A DNA stretch of 64,000 nt from Deltaproteobacteria bacterium (GTDB lineage Bacteria > Desulfobacterota > Binatia > UBA9968): assembly GCA_016180805.1 (NCBI GenBank), contig JACPAM010000109.1, forward strand, positions 734 to 64,733, in the 5' to 3' direction. The translations under genes were made by a program, and so were the position numbers. Positions within the stretch are counted from its first letter, which is position 1. The number at the start of each line of letters is the position of its first letter. Below the pieces are notes generated by a model that did not search any database, was not told where the DNA came from, and was given only the letters and a program-made list of their open reading frames with translations. Below are positions 18,909 to 28,104 of the stretch, piece by piece.

Positions 18909-18937
18909 TTGACCCGCGACAGTCTTAAGGGTAGAGT
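18909..18937 (+). promoter_or_regulatory. candidate sigma70 promoter for the liv operon (TTGACC-17 nt-TAGAGT)
   Basis: -35 at 18909-18914 and -10 at 18932-18937 with 17-nt spacing, about 35 nt upstream of the ATG at 18971. Confidence 0.35.
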
Positions 18938-18970
18938 TGAATCAAAAGCAATCCTTAAGGGGGAACCGCC

Positions 18971-20212
18971 ATGTTTAACACGAGGGTCGCCATTATAAGG
19001 AAGCTACTCGCAGGAAGCGGTATTGTAGCTGCTGCTTTCGTGCTCTTAACTTCTCTCACCGCTTTCGGCCAGGAGCCCATCAAGATCGGCATCTCTATGT
19101 CGGTGACCGGGCGTTTCGAACGTCCGGCCGGCTAGGGCCACAAGCTCTGGGAGAAACACGTTAACCAGCGCGGCGGTATTCAAGGGCGCCCCGTAAAACT
19201 CATTTTCTATGACGACAAAAGCGATCCGGCCGAAGCCATCAAGCTAACCCGGCGCCTGGCCACGGTGGACCGGGTCGATTTTCTATTCAGCCCCTACGGC
19301 AGCGAGCTGACGGCTGCTGTGGCATCGGTGATCGAAGAATTGGGAGTGCCGACGGCGGCCTCGATCGTCGCCACGCTCGCCCCATGGAAGGGCAAAAACG
19401 CCAAATGGATGACTCAGTTTAGCTCCACGGCTCCGCTCTATCTCATGGGGTCGGTGGACCTGGCTATCGAAAGGGCCGAGGCGAAAAACATCGCGATCCT
19501 CTACGAGGATACCCCATTCCCCATAGGGGTGGCCGACGGGCTTCGGGCGCGCGCCAAAGAGCGGGGGCTTAAAATCGCCATGGATGAAAAGTACGACAAG
19601 GCCCTCACCGATTGGTCACCGCTGGTCTCCAAGGCGCGAAGCTTAGGAGCCGAGTTTCTAGCCGGGGGAGGTTACTACCCCGCCGCCGTGGGCATCACGA
19701 GAGCCGCTGCCGGAATCGGCTATAGGCTCAAACTCCTGGCCCTTGTGGTCGGCGCCGCTGACCCCAAATTTGTCAAGGACCTCGGGATCCTGGCTGAAGG
19801 AGTGGCAGGCAGCGATATCTGGTTGCCCAGCGTAAAGACTAGAGGGTTCGTGGTTGAGGGCGCCACGATCGCCAACGAGGATTTCGTGCGCAGCTACAAA
19901 GAAGAGTTCAAGCGCGACCCGGAGTACTGGTCGGCCGCGGGTTATGGAGCGGGCCAGCTCCTCGCCCAAGCGGTCAACGATTCGCTGAAGCGGGCGCGCA
20001 AGGTCGATCGCAACCTTACTCGTGATTTCCTCTTTAACTTTTCGGGCGAGACAATTTACGGCGACTACGGGGTCGTAAAGCTCGGCCAGCCGGACGCTGG
20101 GATGCAGGTTAGGAAACAGCACTTCGTGATCCAGTGGCAAAAGGGGAAAAAAGAGGTGGTCTGGCCCAGGGAGTTGGCCAGCGCCGAGCCCTGGATCGGC
20201 TGGCCGCGGTAG
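18971..20212 (+). pseudogene. livK: branched-chain amino acid ABC transporter substrate-binding protein (LivK-like) with an in-frame TAG at 19133-19135
   Basis: ATG 18971 with a signal peptide (MFNTRVAIIRKLLAGSGIVAAAFVLLTS...) and then the PIKIGISMSVTG..PAG*GHKLWEKHVN ligand-binding N-lobe. The reading frame is the same before and after the TAG. Followed by livHMGF. Confidence 0.6.
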
Positions 20213-20314
20213 AGCCGGCAGGCGTTAATCGCTCATCGTCAATGGTCAATCGATTGAAGAATTATTGGCGGCGGTCTGTTTCCGCTGGGATGGTAAGGTT
20301 CATCGTCGATCGAC

Positions 20315-21184
20315 GTGGCTGACCTCCTGACCTTCATCGAGTTTTCATTGCGGGGGCTCATGGTCGGGGCGGTCTACGCGCTGATGGCGATGGGGCTTTC
20401 GCTTATATTCGGCGTCATGCGCGTCGTCAATGTCGCCCATGGCGAGTTCCTCATGCTCGGCGGGTACGTCAGCTTCTTCGCCTGGTCTTCCGTCCAACTC
20501 AACCCTATCGCCTCTCTGTTCGTAGCCATGCCGCTGCTGTTTTTCCTCGGCATGACGATTCAAAGGCTCTTCATCGAGCGCGTGGTTGGCAAGCCGGAGC
20601 TCTCTTCCCTGATGCTCTGCTTCGGGTTGTCGATCATTTTGCTCCAAGGCGCGCAACTTCTCTTTACCCCGGATCCCAGAGGCTTCACCTGGCTGCTTTA
20701 CCCCGTGCGCCTCTTGGGTTGGAATTTCCCCATGTACATGCTGATGATCTTCGCCACGAGCATGGCCATCGCTTTCGCGCTCTTTCTTTTCTTGAAAGCC
20801 ACGCGCTGGGGGAAGGCCATTCGCGCCGTATCGCAAAACTATGAGGTCGCCCAAGCCTGCGGCATCGACGCGCGCAAGGTCCGGATGCTGAGCTTCGGAT
20901 GCGGCGCGGCTATGGCGGGGGCGGCCGGAGCCTTCGTCCCCGTGCAGTTCTCGCTTTCTCCAGGTGTCGGGCATGAGTTCATCCTGAAGTCCTTCGCGGT
21001 CGTGGTCGTGGGCGGCCTGGGGAGCCTTTGGGGAGCTTTCCTCGCCGGCCTGCTTCTCGGGATCGTTGAAAGCCTCATCACCTTCTATTTCAGTTCCCAC
21101 CTCGCCCAACTGACGTTCTACGCGACCATCATTGCGGTGCTGCTCGTGCGCCCTGGAGGGCTTTTCGGCAGCGCGGAGGCCTGA
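20315..21184 (+). CDS. livH: branched-chain amino acid ABC transporter permease LivH (GTG start)
   Basis: 289 aa, LivH-type permease profile. Confidence 0.85.
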   Translation: MADLLTFIEFSLRGLMVGAVYALMAMGLSLIFGVMRVVNVAHGEFLMLGGYVSFFAWSSVQLNPIASLFVAMPLLFFLGMTIQRLFIERVVGKPELSSLMLCFGLSIILLQGAQLLFTPDPRGFTWLLYPVRLLGWNFPMYMLMIFATSMAIAFALFLFLKATRWGKAIRAVSQNYEVAQACGIDARKVRMLSFGCGAAMAGAAGAFVPVQFSLSPGVGHEFILKSFAVVVVGGLGSLWGAFLAGLLLGIVESLITFYFSSHLAQLTFYATIIAVLLVRPGGLFGSAEA

Positions 21185-21190
21185 TCTCCA

Positions 21191-22210
21191 ATGCGCGAGG
21201 ACTCCCCATCGAGCGCAGACCGCGCCGCCGAGGCCAGGCCGGAAATCGTCTGGGAAAGGGTCGACCGCAGAGTGCGCAGGGCGCTCGTCTGGTCTCTCCC
21301 TCTTATCCTGCTCTTCGCGCTGGCCATTCTGCCCTATATGGCCTCAGCCTACACCGTGACGCTCACATTTCTCGTCTTCTTCTGGGTGGCCACCGCGCAA
21401 AGCTGGAACCTCTTTTCCGGCTATACCGGATACGTGAACTTCGGCTACGTCGGGCTGATCGGCGTCGGCGCGTATACGACCGCGATCCTGATCGGGAAAT
21501 TCGGAGCGCACTGGCTGCTCGCCGTGGGAGCGGCAGGAGCGGTCACCGCGGCTTTTGGCTTCCTGATCGGGATTCCCTTCCTGCGCGCGCATGGGATCTA
21601 TTTTGCCATTGCCATGCTCGGCCTGGCAGAAGGGCTGCGTGTGCTGTTCTCCATGGATCTTATGGCTCCGCTGACGGGCGGCGGCGCGGGCATCGGCTTC
21701 ATCTCCGGGATGAGCCTGGCGGCGAAATACTACGCCATGGGGCTCGTGGCGCTCCTGAGCACCGCGGTCGTCTTTCTCGTTGCAAATAGCCGCTTCGGCC
21801 TCCAACTGCTGACGATTCGCGAGGACGAGCTGGCAGCTCAAGTGATGGGGATCAACACGACGAGCAAAAAGCTCATGGCCTTCACGCTGTGCGCCTTCTT
21901 GACCGGTCTAGCGGGAGGCCTCTACGCCGCTTACGTGAACTACCTCGTTCCCGCCACGATGTTTGTCACGGCCTATTACACGCTGATCCCAATCGTCATG
22001 GCCACCTTCGGAGGACTGGGCACGACGATGGGGCCTGTGGTGGGCGCCGTGCTCTTCACGATCATTTCGGAGGCTATTTGGGCGCGCTTCGTCTTCCTCC
22101 ACCTGGTCATCTTTGGAGCCGTGCTCATCATCATCATCCTCTTCATGCCGCAGGGGATCATCCCGTGGCTGCAAGATAGGCGCATCCTGCCCCGTACAAG
22201 GTGGCTGTAA
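21191..22210 (+). CDS. livM: branched-chain amino acid ABC transporter permease LivM
   Basis: 339 aa, LivM-type profile. Confidence 0.85.
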   Translation: MREDSPSSADRAAEARPEIVWERVDRRVRRALVWSLPLILLFALAILPYMASAYTVTLTFLVFFWVATAQSWNLFSGYTGYVNFGYVGLIGVGAYTTAILIGKFGAHWLLAVGAAGAVTAAFGFLIGIPFLRAHGIYFAIAMLGLAEGLRVLFSMDLMAPLTGGGAGIGFISGMSLAAKYYAMGLVALLSTAVVFLVANSRFGLQLLTIREDELAAQVMGINTTSKKLMAFTLCAFLTGLAGGLYAAYVNYLVPATMFVTAYYTLIPIVMATFGGLGTTMGPVVGAVLFTIISEAIWARFVFLHLVIFGAVLIIIILFMPQGIIPWLQDRRILPRTRWL

Positions 22211-22914
22211 TGGAGGACGGCGCGATCCTGACGCTGGAGCGGGTGAGAAAGGATTTTGGCGGGCTCAGGGCCGTGGACGACTGCTCCTTGGTGGTGGAGA
22301 CCGGAAAGATCGTGGGCCTCATCGGCCCCAACGGCGCCGGCAAGACGACTCTCTTCCAGTTGATCTCGGGAGTTCTCAGACGCGACAGCGGCCATATCTA
22401 TTTTCACGGCGACGACATCTCCCGCCTGCGTCCCCACGAGATCGCGCGCCGCGGTATCGGACGCACGTTTCAGATCACCCGCATCTTTCCGAAGATGACC
22501 GTATGGGAGAACATGATCGTCGCGTCGCACAGCGCAGGCGCCGAAGAACGGGCGCGCGCGCTGTTAGAGCTGGCCGATCTTCTGCCGCTTAAGGACCACT
22601 ATGCGGCGGAGCTGTCCTTCGGGCAGCAGAAGCTTCTCGACCTCATGCGGGTGATGATGCTCAATCCCGAGCTGATTCTTCTCGATGAGCCAGCCGCAGG
22701 CATCAACCCTACCATGCAGAACAAGATTCTGGACCTGATCCACCAGCTCAACAAAGAGGGAAGAACTTTTCTCATCATCGAACATGACATGGATATCATC
22801 ATGGGACATTGCGAGAAGGTCATCGCCTTGAACTTCGGCCGGGTCATCGCGGAAGGTCGACCCGACGAAGTGCGCGAGAACGAGGAAGTGCTGACGGCCT
22901 ATTTCGGGAAATGA
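22210..22914 (+). CDS. livG: branched-chain amino acid ABC transporter ATP-binding protein LivG
   Basis: Walker A GPNGAGKTT. ATG 22210 overlaps the livM TAA (TAATG). Confidence 0.85.
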   Translation: MEDGAILTLERVRKDFGGLRAVDDCSLVVETGKIVGLIGPNGAGKTTLFQLISGVLRRDSGHIYFHGDDISRLRPHEIARRGIGRTFQITRIFPKMTVWENMIVASHSAGAEERARALLELADLLPLKDHYAAELSFGQQKLLDLMRVMMLNPELILLDEPAAGINPTMQNKILDLIHQLNKEGRTFLIIEHDMDIIMGHCEKVIALNFGRVIAEGRPDEVRENEEVLTAYFGK

Positions 22915-23669
22915 CGCAAGCCAACCACGTCCTGCTGCGAGTTGGGACGATCGTCGCCGGGTACGGACTCAAGGAAGTTCTCCACGGCGTGTCCCTTCAC
23001 CTCCGGTCACGAGAGATCGTGGCCGTCATCGGTCCGAACGGCGCAGGTAAATCGACCGTGCTCAAGACGGTGATGGGGTATTTAAAACCCCGATCCGGCG
23101 AGATCCTCTTTGACAACCGGGATATCACGGGGCGCGAGCCCCACGAGCTTGTGTGGCTGGGCATCTCCTTTGTGTCCCAAGGCCGGGTGATATTCCCGGA
23201 TATGACCGTGCAAGAACATCTGGATATGGGCGCGTGGACTCTGCCCGCCCGCAAGCGTGCCGAGGCATACGAGAAGGTCTACAACCTCTTTCCGCGCCTG
23301 GCCGAACGCAAGGGTCAAAAAGCGGGCACGATGAGCGGGGGCGAGCGGCAAATGCTCTCCTTGGCCCGGGCGCTGGTCATCGAGCCGCGATTGCTGATTT
23401 TAGACGAGCCCTCCTTGGGGCTATCGCCCAAGTTTGTCGATCAGGTCTTCGAAAAAATTGTCGAGATCAATCAACTGGGAGTGTCCGTTTTGATGGTGGA
23501 GCAGAACGCCGCCAGGGCTTTGCAAAGCTCCCATCGGGGATACGTGCTGGAGCTAGGCGAGAACAGGTTTGAGGGACCGAGCCATGCTCTTTTGGCCGAT
23601 GAACAAGTCCGCCGGCTCTACCTCGGAGGGCGCCGGGGACTGGCTCCCGAAGGGTGCCTGTCCCCGTGA
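22911..23669 (+). CDS. livF: branched-chain amino acid ABC transporter ATP-binding protein LivF
   Basis: Walker A GPNGAGKST and signature SGGERQ. Start ATG 22911 overlaps the livG TGA (ATGA). Confidence 0.85.
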   Translation: MTQANHVLLRVGTIVAGYGLKEVLHGVSLHLRSREIVAVIGPNGAGKSTVLKTVMGYLKPRSGEILFDNRDITGREPHELVWLGISFVSQGRVIFPDMTVQEHLDMGAWTLPARKRAEAYEKVYNLFPRLAERKGQKAGTMSGGERQMLSLARALVIEPRLLILDEPSLGLSPKFVDQVFEKIVEINQLGVSVLMVEQNAARALQSSHRGYVLELGENRFEGPSHALLADEQVRRLYLGGRRGLAPEGCLSP

Positions 23670-23695
23670 CGAACATAGCTTTGCCTTCTGTCGCT

Positions 23696-23852
23696 AAGCT
23701 CCCTCGGGGAGCGCGCTCTCCGCTGCGGCCGATGGGTTGTCCTCGCTTCGCTCAGAATTTCAGATTGCAGATCTCAGATCTGAGATTTGAAATTTGCGAT
23801 TTGCAATCCCGAAGGGCTTGTCCGCAGCCTCGCTCGCGCTCCCCTCGGTCGC
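23696..23852 (-). repeat. structured intergenic repeat family, copy 2 (reverse orientation, with AT-rich palindromic internal module GATTGCAGATCTCAGATCTGAGATTTGAAATTTGCGATTTGCAATC)
   Basis: Contains the reverse complement of the GCGACCGAGGGGAGCGCGAGCGAGGCTGCGG and ..CATCGGCCGCAGC.GAGAGCGCGCTCCCCGAGGGAGC modules. Lies between the convergent liv and ssu-like operons. Confidence 0.65.
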
Positions 23853-23889
23853 AAAGAACGACCTCCTGCTGTCGGTCCTGCCGCCGTTT

Positions 23890-24894
23890 CTACCCGCCGA
23901 GCCGCTTCAGCGCCTCCTGGCGGTACGAGTCGTCGATGAACATCGACGCGGGATAAGCCTTTTCCAGGGCCTTGCGCTCGACCTCGAGGTTGATCACCGT
24001 CTCGATGCCTTTGATGCTGGGGGCGGCGTCATTGCGGATCGGCCGCAAATCTTCCATCACCTCTTTGTAGGCCAGCGCGGCATATTTCGGACTGATCTTG
24101 AAGTGGTTGAGCATCGCTTTGATGGTCGTTTCCTTGTTCTTGGGATCGGTCATGAATCTCATCGCCTTGATCATCGCCATCAGATAGCGCACGGTAACGT
24201 CCCGGTGGCTTTCCATCCACCTCGCATGTCCCGCAATCGTGGTGAATTGATAGTCCGGAAGATAGGTCGCGATGTTTGCGACGACATTCAAGCCTTCCTC
24301 TTTGGCCTGATAGGAGGTCGGGATAGTGACCATGGCACCGGAAACCGCGCCTTTTTTGACGGCAGCATAGCGCTGCGGAGTGCCCCCTACGGTCAACAGA
24401 TCGTAATCTCCAGGATACTTAAGCCCGTGCGCGGACATGATCTTCTGCAACAGGGCCGTGCTTCCCGAGGTCAGATTGATGACCCCGAAGGTGGTCCCTT
24501 TGAGATCCTCTACCTTCTTATATTTGGGGCCGGTAATGAGATCGTAGATCGCTTTGGTATAATTCCCCGCGACGATTTTGATCGGAGCATTCTTGATCAT
24601 GGCCGTGATCGAGCCCTGCGTGTTCGTGGGGTAAAGTATGTCGGTGGAGTTAGCGGATAAAGCCTGGATTGCTTTAGCGATCGAATTCGTCTGGAACTCA
24701 CGCAGCTCGAGATTCTGTTCTTTGAAATAGCCTTGATCTATGGCCACCCATATGGGCCAATGATCCCCTCCCGTGGATAGAATCCCGAGTTTGATCTCGT
24801 CTGCCGCGCGTAGCTGGCCGGGCAGGAAGATGACAAGCAAAGCCGCGGCAGTAAGCCCGATTACTGACTTCGGCACCACCGATCTTAAGTCCAT
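23890..24894 (-). CDS. ABC transporter substrate-binding protein, NMT1/SsuA/TauA family
   Basis: 334 aa with signal peptide. Last gene of the minus-strand ABC operon. Confidence 0.75.
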   Translation of the reverse strand: MDLRSVVPKSVIGLTAAALLVIFLPGQLRAADEIKLGILSTGGDHWPIWVAIDQGYFKEQNLELREFQTNSIAKAIQALSANSTDILYPTNTQGSITAMIKNAPIKIVAGNYTKAIYDLITGPKYKKVEDLKGTTFGVINLTSGSTALLQKIMSAHGLKYPGDYDLLTVGGTPQRYAAVKKGAVSGAMVTIPTSYQAKEEGLNVVANIATYLPDYQFTTIAGHARWMESHRDVTVRYLMAMIKAMRFMTDPKNKETTIKAMLNHFKISPKYAALAYKEVMEDLRPIRNDAAPSIKGIETVINLEVERKALEKAYPASMFIDDSYRQEALKRLGG

Positions 24895-24936
24895 GACCGT
24901 CCCTCCTTTTTACGGTGACATTTCGAGTCCAACCCC

Positions 24937-25719
24937 TTATACCCTATACTCGTACCACGGAGCAATCCTGCGCTCCGCGTATTTCAACAGCTCAAACGTC
25001 GTGTAACCTCCGATCGCCAACAGCACCACCCCGACGAATGCGTCGGCTGTTCGGAAGGCCTCCGAGGCCTCCGAGATCAGATAGCCGATTCCCGCCCTGG
25101 AGCCGAAAAACTCGCTCACGATCGCGCCGATGATGGCCCGCCCTACGCTCAAACGAAGGCCGGTCATGAGCAGCGGGAGCGCGCTCGGCACGGTCACCTT
25201 GAAAAATATTTGTCTCCCGGTCCCGCCGAAGGCGCGCACCGCTTCGACCAAGCGACGGTCGACCGTGGTGATACCCGTATACGTGTTGAACAACACGGGG
25301 AAGACCGCACCGATGAAAACGATGGCGATCTTCGAGGCGATGCCGACGCCAAGGGCGGTGATAAAAAGCGGCGCGAGGAGAATAATCGGAGCGTTATAAG
25401 AAATCGTTACCCAAGGATTCAGGATGTCTTTGGCGGTCCGGCTGAGCGCCATCAAAACGCCCAGGCCGATCCCGATCACGACGCCGACCAGATAACCCAG
25501 GATGAATTCGACAAACGTCGCATAGACATGGCGCGCGATCTCACCCCGCGCGAGCAGGTTCATGAAGGCTTCGGCGATCCGCGAAGGCCCGACGAGGATC
25601 AGCGGATTGTCGATGAAGAGGCCATCGACGATGTCCCACGCCACGATCCCCAGGATGACCGACGCGACGGCGTCAACCTTCTTCTCGTTCGCGCGATAGA
25701 TCTGCCTCAGCCATCCCAT
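24937..25719 (-). CDS. ABC transporter permease (SsuC/TauC-type)
   Basis: 260 aa, BPD_transp_1-type profile. Confidence 0.8.
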   Translation of the reverse strand: MGWLRQIYRANEKKVDAVASVILGIVAWDIVDGLFIDNPLILVGPSRIAEAFMNLLARGEIARHVYATFVEFILGYLVGVVIGIGLGVLMALSRTAKDILNPWVTISYNAPIILLAPLFITALGVGIASKIAIVFIGAVFPVLFNTYTGITTVDRRLVEAVRAFGGTGRQIFFKVTVPSALPLLMTGLRLSVGRAIIGAIVSEFFGSRAGIGYLISEASEAFRTADAFVGVVLLAIGGYTTFELLKYAERRIAPWYEYRV

Positions 25720-25721
25720 CG

Positions 25722-26573
25722 TTATTCCATCTCCATGCCGTGGACCTCACGCCGAACCTGATACGCGTACCAGGGAGAAATCCATCCCTGGACTTTGTCT
25801 AGCGCAATGAACGACAGAATGCCGAACACGACCAGAACCACGATCCCGACAAACACCGGGCCGGGCTGAAAGAGCTGAGAATAGAAGTACACCATATACC
25901 CAAGCCCGGCTTCCGCCCCAAACCACTCGGCCACCACCACGCCGATGACGGCGCGACCCACCGCGAGCCGGAGCCCCGCGATGATCGCGGGAGTCGCATC
26001 CGGAATCATAACCTTGAAGAACACCTGGAGCGGCGACCCGCCAAAGGCCCTCACCAGCTCGATGAGATTCTGCCTGACGGATTTGATGCCGGTGTACGTG
26101 TTTAGCAGGATCGGAAAGACGGCCCCGAGGAAGACAATCAGCGCGTTCGGGAAGATCCCCAGCCCAAACCAGACGATGATGATCGGGGCCAGGGCAACGC
26201 GGGGGGTGGCGTAAATGCAGGAGACCCATGGGTCGAGGCAGGTGTTGATCTTTTTTTGCGTCGCCATGAGAAACCCCACGGGGATCCCAACCACGACGGA
26301 CAATACAAATCCGTACGCGAATTCCAGGAGGCTGAAATAAGAGTGCCTGAAAAGCTCTCCGCTTCGATAAAGCTCGCCGAAGGTCTCGATCACCTGAAGC
26401 GGCGAAGCGAGGAAGTGCTGGATCGCATAAGCCTCAAAGTAAGGAGTCCGAGCCAAACCCTCGTAGGCAAGCTGCCAGATGCCGATCCCAACAACCACCG
26501 AGTATATGGCGATCATCCGGGATGAGCGCGCCCAAGCGGGGACACGAGGCTCTGCTTTCGCCACGGTCTTCAC
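25722..26573 (-). CDS. ABC transporter permease (SsuC/TauC-type), second permease
   Basis: The ORF extends to 26828, but a GTG at 26573 overlaps the ATPase TGA (GTGA) and gives a short positively charged N-terminus before TM1. The start is uncertain; the alternative is ATG 26516. Confidence 0.65.
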   Translation of the reverse strand: MKTVAKAEPRVPAWARSSRMIAIYSVVVGIGIWQLAYEGLARTPYFEAYAIQHFLASPLQVIETFGELYRSGELFRHSYFSLLEFAYGFVLSVVVGIPVGFLMATQKKINTCLDPWVSCIYATPRVALAPIIIVWFGLGIFPNALIVFLGAVFPILLNTYTGIKSVRQNLIELVRAFGGSPLQVFFKVMIPDATPAIIAGLRLAVGRAVIGVVVAEWFGAEAGLGYMVYFYSQLFQPGPVFVGIVVLVVFGILSFIALDKVQGWISPWYAYQVRREVHGMEME

Positions 26574-27388
26574 CGCATCCCTTCCTCGCGCTCTCTTCCC
26601 ATGGACTTGAGCACCTCGTCCTGGATGATGCTCCAGACGCGATCGGCGAGATCGAGAAATTCCTTGGTTCTTTTGACGCTCAGCGAACGGGGTCGAGGAA
26701 TGCTCACTTTGACGATCTCTCGGATGGTGGCGGGACGGGCCGAGAACACCACCACCCGGTCCGAGAGGAAAATCGCCTCTTCGATCTGGTGGGTGACGAA
26801 GATCACGGTCTTCCTCGTCTGGTTCCACATCTTTAAGAGCTCGGCTTGCATGATCTCCCGCGTTTGCGCGTCCAACGACGCGAAAGGCTCATCCATGAGG
26901 AGCACCTGCGGGTCAACGATCAGGGCGCGCGCCAGGTTGACGCGCTGCTGCATCCCTCCGGAAAGCTCGTGAGGATAGTGATTCTCAAAACCCGCGAGTC
27001 CCACGAGCGAAATATACCCTCCCGCTTTCCTCCTCGCCTCTCGCGTATCGACTCCCTGAAGCTCGAGGCCCAGAATGACGTTATCCATGACCGTGCGCCA
27101 AGGCAGAAGGGAAGAGTCCTGAAAGACGAACCCCTTGTCCGGGCCGGGCTTGATAACGGTCTTGCCGTCGAGAAGGATCTCTCCATCATCGTGGGAGATG
27201 AGCCCGTCGAGGATGCGCAAAAAAGTCGTCTTCCCGCACCCGCTCGGTCCCACCAGGGAGATGAACTCCGAAGGATGAACCTCCAGAGAAATATCTTCAA
27301 ACACCTGGACCGATTCCTCGGATCTCTGGCTGCGGAAAGCCTTGCGTAAATTGCGCACGACGAGTTTCGATGCAGGAGTTTCCATCAT
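26570..27388 (-). CDS. ABC transporter ATP-binding protein (SsuB/TauB/NitT family)
   Basis: Walker A GPSGCGKTT, signature LSGGMQQR. Confidence 0.85.
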   Translation of the reverse strand: MMETPASKLVVRNLRKAFRSQRSEESVQVFEDISLEVHPSEFISLVGPSGCGKTTFLRILDGLISHDDGEILLDGKTVIKPGPDKGFVFQDSSLLPWRTVMDNVILGLELQGVDTREARRKAGGYISLVGLAGFENHYPHELSGGMQQRVNLARALIVDPQVLLMDEPFASLDAQTREIMQAELLKMWNQTRKTVIFVTHQIEEAIFLSDRVVVFSARPATIREIVKVSIPRPRSLSVKRTKEFLDLADRVWSIIQDEVLKSMGREREEGMR

Positions 27389-27399
27389 ACCTCGGCCGC

Positions 27400-27560
27400 G
27401 TTCCCTCGAAAGCTCCTCGGGGGCCCGATCCGCCTCAGGCGGACGCGCACGTGCTTATCCGCGACCGAGGGGAGCGCGAGCGAGGCTGCGGACGTCCGAT
27501 TACAGACGGCACGACTCATGGCACGAACCCATCGGCCGCAGCCGAGAGCCCTTCCTATGC
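27400..27560 (+). repeat. structured intergenic repeat family, copy 3
   Basis: CCCTCGAAAGCTCCTCGGGGGCC..CGCCTCAGGCGG..GCGACCGAGGGGAGCGCGAGCGAGGCTGCGGACGTCCGATTACAGACGGCACGACTCATGGCACGAACCCATCGGCCGCAGCCGAGAG. Confidence 0.7.
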
Positions 27561-27607
27561 AAGGGCGAAAACTGTTTCACGAGCGTTCCTCTGCACCTTC
27601 CAGATGT

Positions 27608-28078
27608 CTAACGCCGGGCTCCCTCCAATGCCTCTACGATGGTATCCCCTTCCAGAGCCAGCTCGAGCGTGCCGAGAAGCTCGTCGTACTTCTCTCCGCC
27701 GATCATGGCTTTCATTGCGGGCTCGAAGACATGGTAGGTATCGAGGCCGAGCTCGACCCCGGTCAACGGACCCGAGTAGGTGGGATCACCGCGGGTGACC
27801 GTCTCGAATTGAATCAGGGAGCTATCGACGTTGGGCGCTCCCAGGAGTACAACGAGATTATTTCTGCCAAGACTTTCGGCGAGTTCTTTGATTCGACCTT
27901 GAACCTCAAGGTCCATGGCGCCGGCCGCGGTTCAGACAAAGCACTGCGTCGTGGAATAGACGATTTCCGCGCCGAGGTCTCCCACTGCCTCCTCGATCGT
28001 CTGCGCCGGGACTCCGTCCCTCTCTCCGAGGATGATGAGCTTTTTCCCCGCTAAACCCAGTTCCTTTGTGCCTGCCAT
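27608..28078 (-). CDS. grdA: glycine/sarcosine/betaine reductase complex selenoprotein A (GrdA), in-frame TGA = selenocysteine at 27932-27934
   Basis: Minus-strand translation from ATG 28078 (SD AAAGGACGGCGGAGG) gives MAGTKELGLAGKKLIILGERDGVPAQTIEEAVGDLGAEIVYSTTQCFV-U-TAAGAMDLEVQGRIKELAESLGRNNLVVLLGAPNVD...GDPTYSGPLTGVELGL... This matches GrdA, including the conserved CFVU-TAAGAMDLE redox motif. The ORF track reports only the post-TGA part (27608..27916). Confidence 0.85.
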
Positions 28079-28104
28079 AAGAACCTCCGCCGTCCTTTCT
28101 TTGC

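Noticed and set aside
25722-26828. Long N-terminal extension (MEPDEEDRDLRHPPDRRG...) of the second Ssu-like permease
   Set aside because: The extension overlaps the upstream ATPase gene by more than 250 nt and is Arg/Pro/Gly-rich. The start was moved to the GTG at 26573.
27518-28054. 178-aa plus-strand ORF overlapping grdA
   Set aside because: Antisense to a strongly supported selenoprotein A gene and partly within a repeat copy. High-GC spurious ORF.
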